From the human T2T-CHM13v2.0 reference genome, Homo sapiens, in the NCBI RefSeq assembly GCF_009914755.1, contig NC_060925.1: DNA of 64,000 bases; one strand, 5' to 3'. The notes beneath the pieces are model-generated. The model searched no databases and was not told the origin of the DNA. It saw only the letters and a program-made list of their open reading frames with translations. Every line of letters begins with the position of its first letter. Position 1 is the stretch's first letter. This document shows, piece by piece, positions 32,897 through 48,088 of the stretch. Both the position numbers and the translations under genes were made by a program.

Positions 32897-35165
32897 TTAA
32901 GAATGTTGAATGTACTATAAACAGTTTAGCCATCAACTATATAGAGACTGACTTATTCTCAATTGTAAGAGGCCATCACTTTTATCCATTCTCCCTTTCC
33001 TTTTTTCCTTTCAGTACTATTAGGAAACTATTCACAAGTGTACCCTTGGACAATGCTGAGCAGTAATTATGACTTGCTGACAAAGAGATATGAACAATTA
33101 CTGAGCCCATTTTGAAACCCTACACTAATAAAGTCATTAGATGCTGCCCTTGCCATGATCCCTCTAAAAGCTTCTGAAGTTACAAGAACACACGGCATTG
33201 TTTGCAGGGACAATTGCTGCTGGCAGAACGCAAACCTTGAGTTAAACCATGCTGCAAATTGATCTTGACATTCTGTTAAGACCGCCACTAAAAATCAAAA
33301 GCAGAAGAGAAAAGGAGAAAATGAGTGGGTAGGATGTAATCATGGAACAGGAGGGGTTCCTCCTCACCTTCTCTCCTCCCTCTTCACAAAACAAACCAGG
33401 GAGAAAATGACAAACTCTCCTGGTGTTTTGGAACCTTCATTTTAAAGCATTAATTAAGCCCTTGACCTGGGATGTTTAGGATGGCAATACACTTCCTTTA
33501 AAAGTACTGGAAGGAAAATGTTGCATAAAGGGAATAAAGAAGTTTGGAGAAAATTATATGGAAATCTGGCACGAAGGCTCTCCTGAAGTCTTAGTACCCT
33601 GACCACAACATGTTCATCTGTTTTATCAGCTACCTCTGCAGAATCCATATTTGTACCTAGGGTAGCAGCTGGAAATTAATACTCCTGTGTCTCCCATGCA
33701 GACTCCACACCTGAGCTATATTTGCCAGATCAAATGGAAGTGTAGGGTTAGAGTAACATGGTCAGCAAGGCTTCAGCCAGGCATGAACCACTGAGTAGTT
33801 TGGAATTAAGGGTAAGCCACTGTGAATATGGCTAATTACTGAGATGGAAAGTACATGTGAAGACAGCTTACTGATAATAAGTGCTTTAAGTCAATTAACT
33901 CTTGCCAAAGATTAAGTAATGTGGAAAACTATCACTTGAATATTAAGCCTAACAAGTACCTGTCAGCACAGCAGCGGAAGTTTGCAGTGACCTGAAATAC
34001 CACACCCAAGGGCATTAAGTTCAAAAGCTAATACTGACAGGCACAGAATTCTGTCTGTGAATATTGGTATTAAATGTGTGTACAAAATTTAATACAATGC
34101 TATGTGTATGTTACAAGCAACCTGTGTAACCCAAGCACTATTGGCAACTCCTGGGGAACTGTTTACAGCTACTATGAACACTGCTTAGAAATAGTGTGCA
34201 ATGCCTGATTTAACACTTAGTAGCATGTACACTGATGTGCAAAACATTTTCATCTCAGGTACTTACATAAGCAATTCATTTTCCAGCACTCATAGCCAGC
34301 TGATTACCCAGTTGGCACTATTCCAGTCAAATTCAATGTTTGATTCTAAGTGTTCTAGAATTAGATAATCTAAACCAGCACCTATATTTGCTTTGTGGAC
34401 CCTCCTATTCAGAACAAGAGATACCCACTAACCCACTTATTACTGGTTAATACTGGTGGTTCATTGTGTCACATATGTGATGTAGCTTTCCTTGATGAAG
34501 CAACTTCAGCTAAGAATCCACAGCTCAGCCTGGAGGGCACAGCCTTTATAGAGGGAAACAGATTAATACTTACTATGCTGGTGCTTTACATAGTACTATT
34601 TATGGTTAATTCTGATGGTGTTCTAATAGAACATGCCTGAATGCTTGGTCTCTTCCACCGTGTAGCCACTCTAGCACTCCGGGCCTGGGACATGTTGAAT
34701 CAGTTCTCCCACCATTGTAGAAGGTTCAGTACCATCCCAGAATGGCCCAATTTGGGAGGCCAATTACTTCTGGGGTATCACAGAGGTTTGGTGAAGTCTG
34801 GGGAAGAAACTCTAGAACCAGGATGAACTCATCTGGGTTGGAATTCAAGCCACTTTCCAGATGGCCTGGGAGCACCTGAGGCATATGAGCGTACACCATG
34901 ACATTCTGGGACCCTACAATGCCAGCAGAAGATCAAGTATCCAGTCTGAACATTTTTAGTTCATTCTGTAAGGAGAATGAAGGCTTTAGTACCATATATT
35001 AGTACCATTAGTGGCTACAGGGGAAGATCACACAATTAGAGGAATGTAGCTGTATTTCCAATATTCTTGCCATTACTCAAACTGGTACTCTCTTGCTATT
35101 TTTCAATAAGCCTATTAGAGATGATTTATTATCAATATAGTACTTACTCTTTAAAAGGTAGTTGT

Positions 35166-35517
<352 letters not shown>

Positions 35518-36449
35518 TTGTGTAAACCAATGGGATTACAGACATAGCTCCCTCAGGGAGCTGACAACCTAGCAGGGAGATAGACAATGACCATACAATG
35601 TAATGAGTGCTATTAGTACAAGTTAGTACAGATATATTATGGGAGCATACAGAATATGCATTTTAACCCTGACTGAGGCAAGAGAAGGATGGGGAGAGGC
35701 AAGACTTCCCAGAAGTGATACCTGTCCTGAATTTTAAGAAATTATTCTTTCATAGCTAAGCACTCATTCATTAAGAATACATTGTACTAACAATATTTTT
35801 ATTAGTTAAATCTATGATGGTTTTCTACATGTTACATATCCAAAAGAATATCTTATCCCTGCTTCACTGTCTGCCTGTAGACATATGCCAATGCTGGATG
35901 AATCATTAACAAAACATCTTCTTTGGATTTGTCCATGTTGGCTGGTTGACTTTAATTCTCAATCTGGTTCAGATTATAGAGGATTATATTAGCTAGCCAG
36001 CTCCCTCTATTCCTTCTCTCCTCAATTATTTCAACCACTGACCCTTTGTTCCCCATACGTAATTATGAGGCTTTAAACACCAATGCCCTTTAGTAAAGAA
36101 GAGCAAAATCTGCCACCCAAAAGACTAGGAATGCTACTATGGTAATATAAAAATCTCTAAATAGAAAGAGTAAAGTTCTAACTTCATCTTTATGTGTATC
36201 ATCTCTTTCAAGTCCCTCTTTGACCCCCTTGGGTACAGCAACTCTGTATAAAGTTCATCTATACTCCTAAAGTACCTTGTACATACCTCATATTATATAT
36301 TAGCTCTTATGTCTGTTTTGCCTACTAGACTATATGTGTTTTGAGGGTTAGGATTGTGTCTTGTTCCACCTTTCATTCTCAGATGACAGCACCATTCCTG
36401 GTTCATATTAAATATTCAGTGTTTACTCAATGAACAAACATAAGAAACA

Positions 36450-36788
36450 CAGTTGGTCTTCTGCATCTGTGGGTTCTGCATCTGTGGGTTCTGCATCTGT
36501 TGATTCAACTAGCCAAGTATCAAAAATATTCAGAAAAAAATTGTGTCTATACTGAACATGTACACTTTTTCCTTGTCATTTTACCTAAACAATACAGTAT
36601 AACAACTATTTACATAGCACTTACATTGTATTAGGTATTATAAGTAATCTAGAGACGACTCAAAGTAGATGGGAGGATGTGCATGGGTTATATGTAAATA
36701 CTATGCCATTTTCTATCAGGGACTTGAGTATCTGTGGATTTTGGTATCTGCAGGAGGTCCTGGAACCAATCCTGCATAACTATGAAGT
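36450..36788. mobile_element. MER2-like TcMar-Tigger MITE
   Basis: cagttggtc...tgcatctgtgggttctgcatctg...gattcaac start and gggacttgagtatctgtggattttggtatctgcaggaggtcctggaaccaatcc end. Confidence 0.8.
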
Positions 36789-36905
36789 GATTTGCAAGAT
36801 CTTCTTGTTTACTATTACCTATCTGTTTTTAGCTCTTTCTTTTACAGGTACATCCTACTATTTCCATCAGAACTACTGGTCAAACCAATATTTAAGAAAT
36901 TAGAA

Positions 36906-37039
36906 CGGGGCATGGTGTCACACACCTGTAGTCCCAGCTACTCAGAAGGCTGAGACAGGATGATTGCTTGAGGCCAGGAGTTTCAGGCTGCAGTGCACTA
37001 TGATTACACACTCCAGCCAGGGCAACATAACGAGACCTT
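36906..37039 (+). mobile_element. Alu monomer (FRAM/FLAM-like)
   Basis: Single arm with poly-A, TSD-like aagaaatta. Confidence 0.75.
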
Positions 37040-37859
37040 GTCTCTTAAAAAAAAAAAAAGAAATTATACCTTTAGCACTTCTCAAGACTACCAAGGGCTT
37101 CCTGTCACTGTTTTAAGAATGGCTCTGAAATCCAACTAGATAAGGTGGCCCAAAAGACTGTACAATATTTTCCAAGGAAAAAACCTCCAATTTAGATATG
37201 CAATATTGAAATTATAAGCAACATTCTTGGATGGAAATAAATGCATACATTCATTTGCTAAATGCTTTCTGGGTTTCTTTTTCCTAGAATTTAAAAAAGT
37301 GCCTTGTTTACTGAAACCAACAAAATGAATAAGCTCTTCAGGAGATCACAATTTAGCAGGGGAGATGACAGACATTAATCATTACAGCTAAAGTTTCATG
37401 TCTCAGTTCATATTTGGAATGTTCTAAGATCAACCTAAGAATTATTCCAACATATTTTGTACACAGTGGGCTGGAAAATCTAAGTATTCCACTAAGAAAG
37501 AAGGTTATTAGAATCATTTAAGAGGTGTAAAAATCCAAATCATCAACATCACAGGGGTTATGACATTCTATAGAAATGTTTCTTTTCTTATTCCAATTTG
37601 TTAGAGAAATTAGGAAATTTAATTTATAATAGCAAGTGATACTCATATTCTGGTGACTTCATCAAAGCATTCACTTAGTTTAATATCCTTCACTTATCTC
37701 CTACATACATGAGAGATCCACAGTATACTGTGATTGAAGAACTAATGCCTCTATAGGCTTAGTCAGAGTAATCCTTAAGCAAAAGTATATCTGCTTGGCA
37801 AGTCTCTTCCCATATTGGATATCAACATCCTCAGCTATAATATCAGATGGTAGTCCTAG

Positions 37860-38210
<351 letters not shown>

Positions 38211-38929
38211 GACTCTCTAAATTTTTATGGCCTGTCTGAACTAGGTTAACCAGATATGGGACGAGGCAAGCTATTAACCAGGAATTTATTTCCAAACTTA
38301 CATCTATCATAAAGAAATAACAGTTAAAAGGAAGCCCAAAACAACAATCTTACTTGTGATGCCTAGAAATCTCTTCTGTATTTCCATATATTAATATGTC
38401 CCCATTTCAGCTTGCTAATCATATGCAAATGATGTCATAACACCTTTTGACATGTACCCCATGGATCAATAAATATTAGTGCAAGCAGTCGTCTACTGAA
38501 TTGAGAGTGAAAGCTTGAGGTTTTGTTACTCAAAGTTAAAAGCATCTAATGAGTGATGCAATCAGTTTTCATGATAAACACCTCTGGATAAATGTGGTGT
38601 AAAAATCCAAGAAAGATAATACAGTAGGAAACCCAATTAGACAATTTTATTTAGATGAATCTGTGATATGATAGGTGGCAAGAAAATTGTGGTTAAGTTA
38701 AACCCTTTTTTTAAGCAATAAACCAGCCTAATTAATTATCTTACAGTTTCATATGTCAAAGTCAATCCCCTTTTTGGGAATATGTCATTCTAATGAATTT
38801 TCACCTTGTGTTTATAAAATGTGTATTTTCCCATTTGCCTTAACAGTAGTAATGATGGATCAAAAGTAGCTATGTAATTTTATTTGTTTTTTTTTTATTA
38901 CTTGCTTTTTAATTTTTTGACATTTTAAA

Positions 38930-39055
38930 AAAACTTTTATGTTTGGAGGGTACATGTGAAGGTTTGTTACATAGGTAAATTGGTGTCATGGGTGTTTGTT
39001 TTACAGATTGTTTCATCAACCAGGTATTAAACTCAGTACCCAGTAATTATCTTTT
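38930..39055 (-). mobile_element. L1PA (older primate) 3' end fragment
   Basis: gggtacatgtgaaggtttgttacataggtaaa...caggtattaaactcagtaccca. Confidence 0.8.
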
Positions 39056-41007
39056 GTTACTTTAATATAGAGAAATATAACACCTTTTAAATTTGTAATA
39101 TGGACAGAACTATTAATAGATTTTGAATAAGGATGCCAAGTATCTTAAATTATAGAAATAATTCCATTCCCCTATTGCCCCATTTGTGGTTCCTATAAAT
39201 GTTTATTAAATTGAATTCCTAGATGTTCCTATTTTCAGTCTTTAATATTACCTTTTACAAATTTTCATGACAGTTGCTTAATTCAAAATGTAGATTGAAA
39301 TATCCTATCATACTTAATAGTCAGTCCTGCAGTTCATTGAGAAATAGCTCTAAAGCCTTAAACAACACCTTTATTTAGTGTTTTTAAAAAAGTGTCATAA
39401 GGAGTTAATAGGACACAGCTGTACTGGCTCTTTCTAATAAGCAGCTTCTGTCGCTTTGGTCACCACAGGTGTCTCTGTAACCTGCAAACTCTTATTACTA
39501 GTGTATCAAAGTTGTGCTACTTAACAGACTTCTTTAGTAAAACATAACAAAGCAATTACATGGCTGTTGATTGCCATCATAAAAAAAAGAAACCCTCAAA
39601 CACTGTTTTTCAAAAGAAACTACACTGCAATTTTTTGTCATTGTAAAATAAAAGGAACTAAGGAATTAAATGGAGGATAGAACAAAATAACAGCAGGTAG
39701 CCCACTGAACTTAGCCACTACAGATGGTTTAGAAATAGTGTTTCCTTCTCCATCAAGTTGTGGATAAAAGGAAAGGAGGAGATTCCTTACTGCCAGTGAA
39801 TGGCAAAAGATTTAGCCAAGTCTCCAGTCTCTGTATTTTGCCTCATGAAAGACCTTCGATGTGGCATTTTTATCTGTTTTTGGCACTGCTTTTCATCACC
39901 TTTAACTGAGTGTGAATAATAACCTGATTTAATTTAAACAAATACAGGTGCTAAAGATTCTTTATTTATGTATAACAGGGAATATTTCCAAGGCAAAACG
40001 AAGTCATCTCATGAAATTTCCTAACCATTTGCTTAAAGAAATGAAGTATTAGATTATGAAATAGCTTCAACATTATTTTGCCTCACATTTAAGGAAAGAA
40101 TCATGTTCTTTTCTGATTCAGATTAAATAAAACAAAGTCTGAATGATGACCAAAAATTCAGTGAGCCATAAAATAACAAAAAGACAAATCAGATGGTTTC
40201 TAATTGTTCTATAATCGTTTAAATTAGGTGACTAAAATATGCTTGCCTTGAAATGAATTAATTTAATCTCCCTGTTCATGAACCAGCAGCCTGTGATTAT
40301 GATTGTGTTAACACACCCAAAGTAGCATCATGGGATGTTACGGCCACATGTGTAATTAAACATGATGAAATATATTTCAGATGGGAAACTGAAATAGGCA
40401 AAATATGAAGAAGTGTTAATCACTTGAAGATACTATGATTAACAAACTAAGTAAACTCATCCTGACAACTAGGAAAGGAATTTTTTTTTCCCTATTGAGA
40501 ATATGGATGTATTGTTGGCTGTGTGCAAAAGAATGTGTGCAATAAAGCGATTACATCAATTAGCATATGCTAGAGTTAAGCTATTACCAACTCCACTGGA
40601 CTTGTGCAGAAAGTCCTGCCTTCTTCACTGAAGTTATTAAAAAATAAACTTACTACTAGGATTATATATTAGACTTGTTTTGCCTTTTCTGAACATCATT
40701 AAAAACATCAGGTTTCTCTAAAAGTTCAAAAACATATTAGAAATGTCTGTTGCACTGCAAATATAAGATGAGAAATGTATTTTTGTTTTCAGGTTATTCT
40801 TGAATTTAAAAAGTTTTTATAAGTTAAGGTACATTTTCACAATTGCAAATAACTGCATGTGTTAGCTGCAACGAGCAGCTTTTGTCTAATGAAATGCAAT
40901 GGTAGAGAGTTTAATGCTGAGGATGAAAAATGTTTATGATGATGATAAACACAATGATTTTTTTTTTAATAGAAGCCCAACTTGTAACTTGTGAACAACA
41001 GTATTAC

Positions 41008-41162
41008 CTTGCTCTGTTGGAGTCCTTTGTCAGATCCCAAGCCCAGGTTATAAAATTTTGACTCAGATAAGAAACAATGGATTCAGCACAAAGCATTTGT
41101 GAGCAGAACACGTTGGTTAACACACTTTCATCATGGTGGAGGTAGATAGCAAGAAGCTTTCT
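41008..41162 (-). CDS. FAF1: FAF1 coding exon (probably exon 13), 155 nt: RKLLAIYLHHDESVLTNVFCSQMLCAESIVSYLSQNFITWAWDLTKDSNRA(R), UAS domain
   Basis: Contained in ORF 41004..41189(-). Acceptor cttttcag|AGA, donor GCAAG|gtaata, phase 0 to 2. Confidence 0.98.
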
Positions 41163-43299
41163 CTGAAAAGAGGAGAAAAATCTGATCAATTAAAATATCC
41201 ACTAATGTAAGATTTCTTAAATTTTAGAGAGGCATAATTAGTCTATATGAACAGCAAAGACAAAAATTAAATGCTATTCCCTAAGAGAGTACTTTACATT
41301 TTGGAGTTCCTAAAGCATCTAAAATATCAAAAAATTTTACTTTCTTACACTTTAAAAAGGCTGGGATGATTATATCTAATTCTGCAGACTGCTATTGCAG
41401 ATTTCTGTTGACATGTGCAAGCCTATCTCAAATGAAGTTGCAAAGGAATTGTATTTTGCTTAAAGGAAATGGATTTACTATTCTTTTCATTTAATAGATA
41501 TATGTAAAGAGAAATATTAACTTTGAACTGTTCAACAATACAGAGAAAAAATATTCTTTAAAACAGAATGACAAAATTCCTCTTACATATTTTTTATGGT
41601 TTTAATCTGAACAATGGATAGTCTCTTCCATTTGAAAGGAAAAGGTCTGAAATCAAGTTTTCTTTTTGTTCTATAGATAATTTTAAAGTCCTTAATGTAT
41701 TCTCATATTAAGCCCTTATTTATCAGCATGTGACATGTAATTGACATTTGAAGAGATAGAAAAATATTCAGTTCACATGCATTCTTTCTAGTTTATATTT
41801 CAGAAAATGTCCACTGTGGCTCTTCATATAGAAAATTATTCTTTCCCTTTTGCCATAATAAAAGTTGCTTTCAATAAATGACACTTGGTCTCTTAAATGT
41901 GTCTTCTGTCATAGTTGGATACTCAATGCAATAATTAAAACTAAAAACTGAAACTGAACAAGGTAATAGGTATAATAAAAACAATGGCTATAAGTAGCCA
42001 TTGATGGTTTGCAACATGTTAGCTTTACCAACAATGACTATAATGATTAAAGAGCTTAAATTGTTGACTAACTTCTTGGTACTACCTCAAAGAAGAGCTG
42101 AGTTTAACAATACTCACAATTACCAGGGAAAGGAAAGATGAAATTTTATGGTAAAGACAACATACAAACCAATCTTTGAAATTCTGTCAAAGGAAAATTT
42201 CAAGGAAGCTTAGTATCTTTCCCTTCAAGTTAAATAAGAATGTGATGACAGCAAATGAAAATTTGCTGTGTGGGATTCTGAACAAAAGAAGGAAACTTAC
42301 AGAAAAATATAAGGCTCATGCTGATGAAAGGCTAATGAAATCTGATGTTAGGAATTATCTAGATAAAGAATCCAAATAATAGTAATAGTAATCATCATTA
42401 AAATTGTTTTCTTCAAAGGTAAATTTCGTAATAGATGAGGGTAGCCACAGTTAGGTAGATTAAGATTCTAAAAGCATCTACTATGAATAGGAGACACTGT
42501 TACTTTCACAACCATTATCTACTTTAATTTCCAGAATAAATCTTTAAAATAGCATCCTTAACCCCATTAGCATATGAGGAAACTGAGGTTTAGAAAGCGG
42601 ACTTGTCCCAAATGTCACAGATAGTTAGTAACTAATACAACGAGGATTGGCTCTCAGATTGTCTAACTCCAAGTCCAAGTAAGTGTTTTTTCTCTGATAC
42701 TACAGTGGTAGCAGGGAAATCAACCACACTGTAGTCAAGGCTTATGGAAGCACTCATATAACATGAAGATGCCAGACTGCTTTGGGCTGAGACTCAGAGA
42801 CAGCTTGTAATGGGAATAAGGGCAGGACTCCTGGGTATAAGTAGCTCAGCTGATCCCACCCTGCTTCTATGTGTTAATTCATTTATTCATTCATTCAACA
42901 AGCATTTGTTGAAATGCTCTTTGTGTCAGGCTCAGCAGGAAGCAGTGGCAATAAAATGGTGAACAAGAAAGACTCGGGGTTTCTTCATCTATGTTGATGT
43001 CTGCAGAGAACAGTATCAGCCTTCTAGGAAGTTTGTAATCAGATACATTGTTAGAGAGATACTTATCTAGTAAATTCCTACTCATCCTATAAGGCTCAAA
43101 ACAAATGCCTCTATGAAACCTTCCGTGATTCCCTCAGGCAGAGTTAAGAGCTTCCTTTCCTGGGCCTCTATCTCCTTCCATTAGTATTATAACTGTTTAC
43201 CAGTTTCCCCTCTAGACTAAATTTCTCAAAAGAGAGAATGAGGTCTCTTTCAGTCTTCTTTGCATCTTTAAACTAGCCTGGGTCCCAGCCTGTTTGATG

Positions 43300-44550
43300 A
43301 AAGAAACAAGAACACTGATACAAGCCACAGCCCCTTGGCAAAAAAGATACCCAATAGCAATGGCAATGTAAAATCAGTTTTAGTAAATGAATCAAGAATT
43401 CTGATGCTTTAGGGAAAGTAATGTGAACCTGGCACCATTAACAAATTCAGAACTCTTCTTCTTAGGAGCTCTCTAACTGAACAGACAGAGGGATGTCAAC
43501 CCCTAATTCAGCTTGATCGTATCTCAGCAACTACATTTAATGAGACAGTGGGAAAAAGAGAGCTGTCCACTTTTAAATCAGCATATTTCTAACTAAACAA
43601 TGGCAATGGCTAAATCTTTAAAATGCCTATTTCTCTCAAGAACACTGCAATGGAACATTTAGACTTTGGGAAAGAGATTAGTGATTTACATTGCTATCTC
43701 ACTGATTTAATTTAAATGCTCTTCCAAACCAAACACACATGTGCCGAAGAGGCTACTAAGAAACCCAACATGCAGAGTTCTCTATAAGTGCAGCCGACAG
43801 TGTTGACTGAAACTAAACTTGGAAATCCAGGGCACTAATGCACAATATCAAGCAATAAAACGGCATCTCTTTGGCAATATTTAATTTAAAAAAGAAGAAA
43901 GAGACAGGCGAAGATCAGGCACTGTCTGTTTTGGAGGATCAACCATTCTGCATTTCAAAGCATTGGTCCCTGCAATATCCAGGTTACTGTGCTAGAATCT
44001 CGACTATTATATCGCAGTTGTGAGAGGGAGGGCAAAGATGTGTTTACTCAGTGATTAGGCCCTTAGAATAAGCCTCTAGCTCCTAGAGAGACAGCTCACC
44101 ACTTATTCATTTGGGCCAATTCACAAAGCCTAGGAAGATTAAACATCCATGCTGAGAAGACAAGCGAATGCAGACGGTGAAAAAGAAATAAAAATTCTTT
44201 AAAAACTCTGAGATGACTTCATTATTTTTCCACAAGGAAACTTTAGGAAAGTGTTTAGTTAGAGAAAAACCCACATTGACCTCTCTCTAAACCCTTAATC
44301 TTTCCTTTGTGGTGGCACTGCTTTGTGGTAAGCGACTGGCTCGCCTCGCCCCTCTTTTCACTGGAAGCTGAGAGAAAAAAGACTCTGGAGAAACAGTTTT
44401 CGTTCCAGGGACACAAACCCCTGACACTGTTAAACATGAGATGCCAGGAAAACACACTTAAAAAAAAAATTCCCACTTTAAGCTTTAGACTGAATGTGAG
44501 AAAGGAGATGATAAAAAGAGTATCACAAGAGAATCTTCAGGCTGTGGGTA
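43300..44550. promoter_or_regulatory. Candidate deeply conserved intronic enhancer
   Basis: Repeat-free, CpG-retaining block with SOX, PBX-HOX and forkhead motifs. I recall FAF1 introns carrying ultraconserved/VISTA elements; this is not verifiable here. Confidence 0.6.
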
Positions 44551-45224
44551 CCCCAAAGTAGCTTTCAAAAGGAAAACTAATAATTTTAAAATAATCTTTT
44601 CTCTGACATAAGCTTTCAACAAAAAATTTTCTGCTGCTTTTATAACAATAAATAAGCAAAATATAAAGACTCAATAGTATGGAAGTGCTAGTAAATTTAG
44701 GCTATATAAATCTGATTAAATTACAGTCACAGATAAATGGACTCCAGACTCAGATTTCTGATTATCTTACTGAGCTCAATTAAGCACAGGCCAAAAGAGT
44801 GAGAACTGGATTAAGCATATCAACCAATTTGGAAGAGTTGAAATGGCAAACTAATCAGAAAACTGCTTTCGTGAAGAAAGCAGTACCACAGAAAACGAGT
44901 AAGAAAATGTTTTGATTTCTATTACTATAACCAGTTTTTCCTTTGGCCCATTTAATAATTTAGTTCAATAACATTTGAAGAGTACCTATGTATTAGCGAT
45001 TGAGACTATAAAGATGAATGAAACAGTTTCCTTACCCTCAAAAAGTTGTGGGAAAGAATGTGCGGAGGCAAACGTTTAATTGTATACCATCTAACAAATG
45101 ATAATATTGGGGCATTAAAAAGAATATATTTTATTTGTCCTTTCTAATTTGGCAGAGAGGGTCTAAGTCTGGCAGACCACAAAGGCAAACAACCAAGCTA
45201 CATTCTCCTGATTCCCTCTCTGTA

Positions 45225-45430
45225 ATCTAAGTTTTAGTAACACAGTGCAAAAGGAAGTCTCCAAGCTTTAAAGTAACAGAGAGCTCTGTTCTAAATCCAG
45301 TTCTGCCATTTAGCAGCTGTGTGACCATGGGGCAAATGGGTTGTTGTAAGCATCGCAGATAATGTAGGTTAAGTACCTATTTACAAGGCCTGGCCCATAG
45401 TAGGTGCTGAATGAAAGGTAGCTGTTAGGA
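45225..45430 (+). mobile_element. MIR fragment
   Basis: ttctaaatccagttctgccatttagcagctgtgtgaccatggggcaa...cctggcccatagtaggtgct. Confidence 0.75.
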
Positions 45431-46786
45431 TGAAGATTCCTGAACTATCCATGCAAAATAAAGGGTTTTGAAAGCAATTTCAAGAGAAATAATGGCCATG
45501 AAAATGTATTAAAGATTAAGCAGCTCCTTCATTTTTCCTACTGGCAATAGTGTCTGGGATGCTTATTGTGTCTCTGAGTTCGGTGCCTCACTAATCTTCA
45601 CATTCAAATCCAGGAGCTAAGGTACTAAGTTGATGCTTAAGAAATGCCCAGCTGACAGCAACCAATGTGACTTGGCCTTGAGCTACAGTAGCTATTGTAT
45701 TTAGACTCTTAGTGTCACAGAACCATAGAATATTAGAGCTGGAAGAAATGTGCTGTGTCTCAAAATAAGCCAGGCAGAGAGCAGATACTAAGGAAATATT
45801 TGCTGATGAACTAAAAAGAAAGGGTTGTATTTTGAGTACCAGAATATCCATAATCTGCATGTTCAATGCTTTTAAAGTTGATATGACAATTTCTGGGAAT
45901 GGTACAATGTAGTTCATAGTTTTTTTCAGTGTTAAAACTATAGTATAAAATAATTTCCTTGTGTAAATTGGACCTGACTTGCTTTCTCTCCTTCCCATTT
46001 CTGTTCTCCTTTTCCCTCATCATTATCATCAGTAATCAGAATCATTATCACTATCACTTTTTAAGTTTGGAGATGGCTCATTGATACAAACAATGGATAC
46101 AATGATACAATAAACACCTATTTATTCTTCACCTAGATTTACCAATCATTAGCATTTTGCCATATTTGCTTTATCATTCTTTTAATACTTCCCTGAAACA
46201 TCTGAATGTTTGCAGACACTATGACACTTCTACCCTAAAGAAATGTCTTGAGAATAATACATTCCCTTACATAATCATCATATTTATATCACACCTAAGA
46301 CATTTAATATTGTTACAATATCATCTAATAAACAGTCCATATTCAAATTTCCCCCAAGTACTCCCACATGTCCTTTGTAGCTGTTTTATTTATTGTTTTA
46401 AATCCAGCATCTAATTTGGATCATTCCAGTACTTGCCAACTTCTACAATGCTATTCTTGTATATGGATGTTCATAGGTACCACATAGCATACAATCATGA
46501 CTCAAGATAAGTGCAATGTGAGAACACAAGCAGGAGAGTAGGAAGCCACACTATCTGGATTCAAATTCCTGCTTTGCCATTGCCCTGCTATGTGACCTTG
46601 GGAAAGTCACTACACTTTTGTGCTTGGGTGGCATACAGTTCTGAAGGTCAGAAGTCTGTTAAAACTCTTTTCTAGATGGGAGTAGTGAGGAAGTAAGGCT
46701 GGCAAATCAGTAGTAATGAGTAGTAATAGAGGAAGTCCTGGGTTCTAGGCATGAACATCAGATTGGCTGCTTCTTTATGAAGATGA

Positions 46787-47329
<543 letters not shown>

Positions 47330-47780
47330 TGAAGCGGAATTTTAAATATACGTGAGAGTGAGAAAAAGAAGAGTAAAAAAGATAAAAAACAAAGGAAAAG
47401 TTTGGGAAAGGCCCAGCAATGTCAATGGCCCCATATGTTCAAAGAACTCCAAGCTAGTTATCTTTAAAGAGTAAAACACCAGAGTGCAGGTTGTATTGTG
47501 AAAAGAATCACAAAACTTAGCCCTGTTTAGCTCCTGAATGTGATTTCAGAGACCAACAAGCATCAACCAAATTGGAGAGGTTCCAAAAAGAAAAAGTCAG
47601 CTACTGAAGATGAGGAGATGCCAGGATGGTGTCTTTTTCCCCTCACTTTCTGAGCAGATGTTGGGATAGCATTCTGAAATCTTGAGGACACAGATATCTG
47701 AATCTTGCATAGGGAGCACTGTCATATGGAAGTCAGAGGGTTAAAAACAAAAAAAAAAAAAACAAAACAAAGCCTTCCCT

Positions 47781-48088
<308 letters not shown>

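Noticed and set aside
34640-34940. GC-richer island that might be an unannotated exon or processed pseudogene fragment
   Set aside because: I could not match any translation to a known protein or find convincing splice sites. Left unassigned.
36459-36500. Repeated ttctgcatctgtggg units suggestive of an array
   Set aside because: Internal repeat of the MER2-like terminus with one extra copy. There are no spacers and it is not CRISPR-like.
45591-45998. 135-aa minus-strand ORF, sense to FAF1
   Set aside because: Not part of the FAF1 protein (exons 12 and 13 join without it) and has no recognisable homology. Treated as a chance ORF.
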